A DNA stretch of 64,000 nt from the NCBI GenBank assembly GCA_012295275.1, contig CM022673.1:17484001-17548000 (forward strand). The letters run 5' to 3'. The DNA is from Chrysomallon squamiferum. Lineage: Eukaryota; Animalia; Mollusca. Below the pieces are notes generated by a model that was given only the letters and a program-made list of their open reading frames with translations, made no database searches and had not been told where the DNA came from. The position numbers and the translations under genes are program-made. Shown here piece by piece: positions 44,520-64,000 of this stretch (position 1 is its first letter; the number at the start of each line of letters is the position of its first letter).

Positions 44520-44735
44520 ACGCAGTTATCAGAATGGCTTCTATCTCAGGTTATGCGATGACACGGCCGATGGTATGTTCTCTGATACCACGGCGTTGGT
44601 TTGTTTGTGCAAGTGAATACTCTTGCGAATCCAGATTTGTGACGACTCCTTTAATAGAATTGCAAATGTTTGACATCCAATAGCCAGTGACAGAGAAAAC
44701 TGACTAACAATGTCATTAAATCAAGCTTTGAATAT
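44520..44735 (+). mobile_element. SINE remnant, 3' half
   Basis: aaatgtttgacatccaatagcc tail motif; its complement ggctactggatgtcagaca also occurs at ~27450. Confidence 0.45.
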
Positions 44736-44930
44736 CCGCAGATCATTTAAAACAGTTTCAGTGTTAGCCGTTACGAGATGTCAAGCAACAAGTTTTTTGT
44801 ACAATGTTGATATAAGAGGAGAGCCATTATCGCAATTCTGCCTACTTTTTTTTATGGATTATTGATTTATAGCACCTTCCTATTCCATGGAGAAAACGAC
44901 CTAGAGACACTGATACAGTAAAACATACAG

Positions 44931-45005
<75 letters not shown>

Positions 45006-45257
45006 ACCAAAAAAACAGATGTGAAGTTTAATACACTTTTGTTGAATGTGAAAATTAAACGAGCTAATGATTCTCTGTCAGCCAAAGACCAACATATCAG
45101 GCTATAAATGTGTCTTGGTATTAAATTTAATTTAATAATACTGATATTGGTAAAATGGAAGGAAGTCCATTAGGTAAATGAGAATAACATTAAATTATTA
45201 CATTAATACTGGTCTTTGGATGTCAAATTTAATAGTGGTGTTTTTCATAATGGGCCG

Positions 45258-45338
<81 letters not shown>

Positions 45339-45699
45339 AATTAACGACAGACTACTTTTAATAAAAGCTCATACTGTTTAAGTGCGGAAGCCAAAAAAAA
45401 AAAAATAATAATAATAATAATAATAATAAAGAAAGAAAGTGAAACAAACCAGAGAAAAAATAATACTGTCAAGAAACGGGAGAATGGTGAAAAGAAAACG
45501 AGAAAAACCGAAAGCATATCTTAAAGGATTAGGTTTGCTTCTTGTTTTTCTTGTTGATCGTTATAAAAGTCTCTAGTAAGCCGTTTTAGACGTGATAACG
45601 TCAAGTACTATGTAACAAAGATCGATATGCGTGCCTGTACTTGCTCTTTGTTTGTGAAGAAGCTAAACTATAGGTCGCCTTCAATGCGACAACTAACAC

Positions 45700-45790
45700 G
45701 GACTCCGCTATTGGCAATTCTTAGTTGATTGGTTCCGTGCGTAAATCCCACCCGCAGAAGAGCGTACCGAGGCCAGTCGGCAGAACTGTG
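45700..45790 (+). promoter_or_regulatory. Candidate promoter of the PPxY membrane-protein gene
   Basis: Two inverted CCAAT boxes (ATTGG 45710-14, 45728-32), a CCCACCCGC box and local CpG enrichment. Confidence 0.45.
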
Positions 45791-45881
45791 GCAATGCTCC
45801 AACTATATTTGCTTGTTGGTCGAGCGAAACGCCGATTTGAATTTTACACTTGCAATATGAACCGGTGATCAAAATGGAATT

Positions 45882-62009
<16,128 letters not shown>

Positions 62010-62374
62010 TTAACAAGATCTCGACGAGTTCACTGGCTATGACGAAAAAGAAAACAGAAAGAAAGAATTTTATTTTTAAGAGATGGCGGTAAAGATGTTA
62101 GTCAAAACCACTTCATTTTTACTACATGAAAGACGAATGCCACGGGCATAAAATGCTGACATCATTTCCTGTGTGATAATTATTATTTTTATTTATTTAT
62201 TTATTTAGTAGACAGGTAAATATAAAATATTGTTGGTTCTATTCCTCCTAAATTACAACTACTTATTCGAGAAGAATAATAATACCAAAAAGAAAATCAT
62301 AACCCCTGGTATGGCGAATACGATACATCAACAACAACAACATCAACAAAACAAAAACATTATTAACTAAAAAA

Positions 62375-62409
<35 letters not shown>

Positions 62410-64000
62410 ATTAAATTAAATTAAATTAAATTGAACTGAATTAAACTAATAAATAAACAAATCAAAATACCGTCAGTAAAATGCATAAAATAACAAATAA
62501 AACAATCCCCAAAACACAGAAATGAATAAATGAATGTTATACCAATTCGACATTAATTTATTCACTTCATTTGCTTCCAGACAGTAATAGTGTCCGCACT
62601 CTCGTGTCGTACAGCAATTAACATACATACGTAGATTAAATCTGTGTCACGTTAGTGTGTTGAATATTTCATGATCACTAATAACTAAAGTATTTAGGGT
62701 TGATTTTGCGCGCTGCTTATCACGTAGACATAAGTCTTCACCACCATTATCATTAAAAATTAATAAAAACAAATTAAGGAGGACGCCATATAAATATAAT
62801 ATGACTTGTAATTTAAAGCAAAAACGTTTCAAACGTTCAACATTTAAGAAAACAAAAAAGAAAGAAAGAAAAGAAGAAAGGGAACGTCGTCCAAAAATTA
62901 TAACCGGTTGGACGTTAAAAGAGGTGGTTAATTTAAGACCTGGTGCAAATAAAAGCATGGTACAAATGTAATGCGAACGAAAAGGTTAATTTGACAAAGT
63001 CTGTTATTACTATGGCATTTTTATTTATTTATTTATTTACTAATTTATTAAGGAATCGAAAATCAAAACCAATACGAAGAAAAAGAAAAGATGAATATAC
63101 ATTTTGGACATTTTACAATCGATAGCAAATTATCCATTATTTTTTCTCGCCCATAAATATTCAGTAAAATATGAATAATTAATTATTACAGTTGTTTACC
63201 TCTCTCACTCTTCTCTATCGTCCTTTGTTATTGTTGTTGTTTGCAGCACAAATGAACATCGTCACCATCACCATTATCATCATCATCATCATAATAGTAA
63301 GCACACATCAATCTACAGTCATCAAAACTGTAAATTATTTTTACAGATATTTTCACCGAATTTTAACGACGAAACGACAATAACTATGCGAGTTTAATAA
63401 CCGTAATTTGCATATATATTACATGTGCAGTCGGTTTTTTTTTTTTGTAAATACATTGTTTTTTCGGCAGTGGAAGGTTAATTATAGAAACGAATTATTC
63501 AAAAGAAAAAAGAAAGAAAGGTTTCAGTACTTTCCTCGACTAATAACAAACTGAAAAAGAGGTGTGTGATGTGCTCGTGATAACTTGACCACGACGACAA
63601 CGACGATGATGATGATAAAGGTAATAATAACAATATTAACAACAGTGACATAATGAAGATTATAATATTCGTAAAACAGCGCCATGTACTTTTTAAAATT
63701 ATTATTTTAACATAAATTAAATTAAATTCTTCCAAGTAGTTGTGATATAAGAAAGGAATATTAAATTATTTCACTCTTATTTATTTATTTATTTATTTGA
63801 ACTCAACAAGTCGATGTCAGTGAACGTAATGTGTTTATCAACGCAGTGAATGTGGAGGAAACGATGAAGTAAAAATATGTATTTAGTAATTGGCTGTATG
63901 AACGGCTCAGTAATCTGGTGAGTCGAGCAAGTACCGTTGTTAAATACAAATATACTATAAACACTAAACAGACATACAAATACTACAGTTCACTGAATTC

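Overview
AT-rich, microsatellite-dense animal genomic DNA with spliceosomal genes. Degenerate SINE copies resemble, from memory, a gastropod mollusc family, so the taxon is an inference. Three multi-exon genes can be rebuilt by hand with consistent GT-AG phases. (1) EHHADH, the peroxisomal bifunctional enoyl-CoA hydratase/3-hydroxyacyl-CoA dehydrogenase: minus strand, 18 coding exons, 29812->11700, 723 aa, ending in PTS1 SKL. (2) FBXL4: plus strand, 15 coding exons, 30310->38571, 607 aa, head-to-head with EHHADH (about 500 bp ATG to ATG) around a DR1/HNF4-type element. (3) A 159-aa single-pass WBP1/VOPP1-like protein with four PPxY motifs and a very small ectodomain: plus strand, 5 exons, 45882->62009. 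Orphan minus-strand exon candidates lie at 421-857 and 4899-5107. Notable non-genic structure: a 3.3/4.1-kb tandem duplication in EHHADH intron 7 that carries a candidate nested antisense signal-anchor exon and a 125-nt fold-back; a ~440-bp inverted repeat pair in intron 1 of gene 3; minisatellites that duplicate FBXL4 splice donors; and a CCAAT-CRE-CCAAT palindrome. Almost all long entries in the ORF track are simple-repeat artefacts. I found no CRISPR array, rRNA, tRNA gene or intact transposase, and nothing I can confidently call a new biological system.
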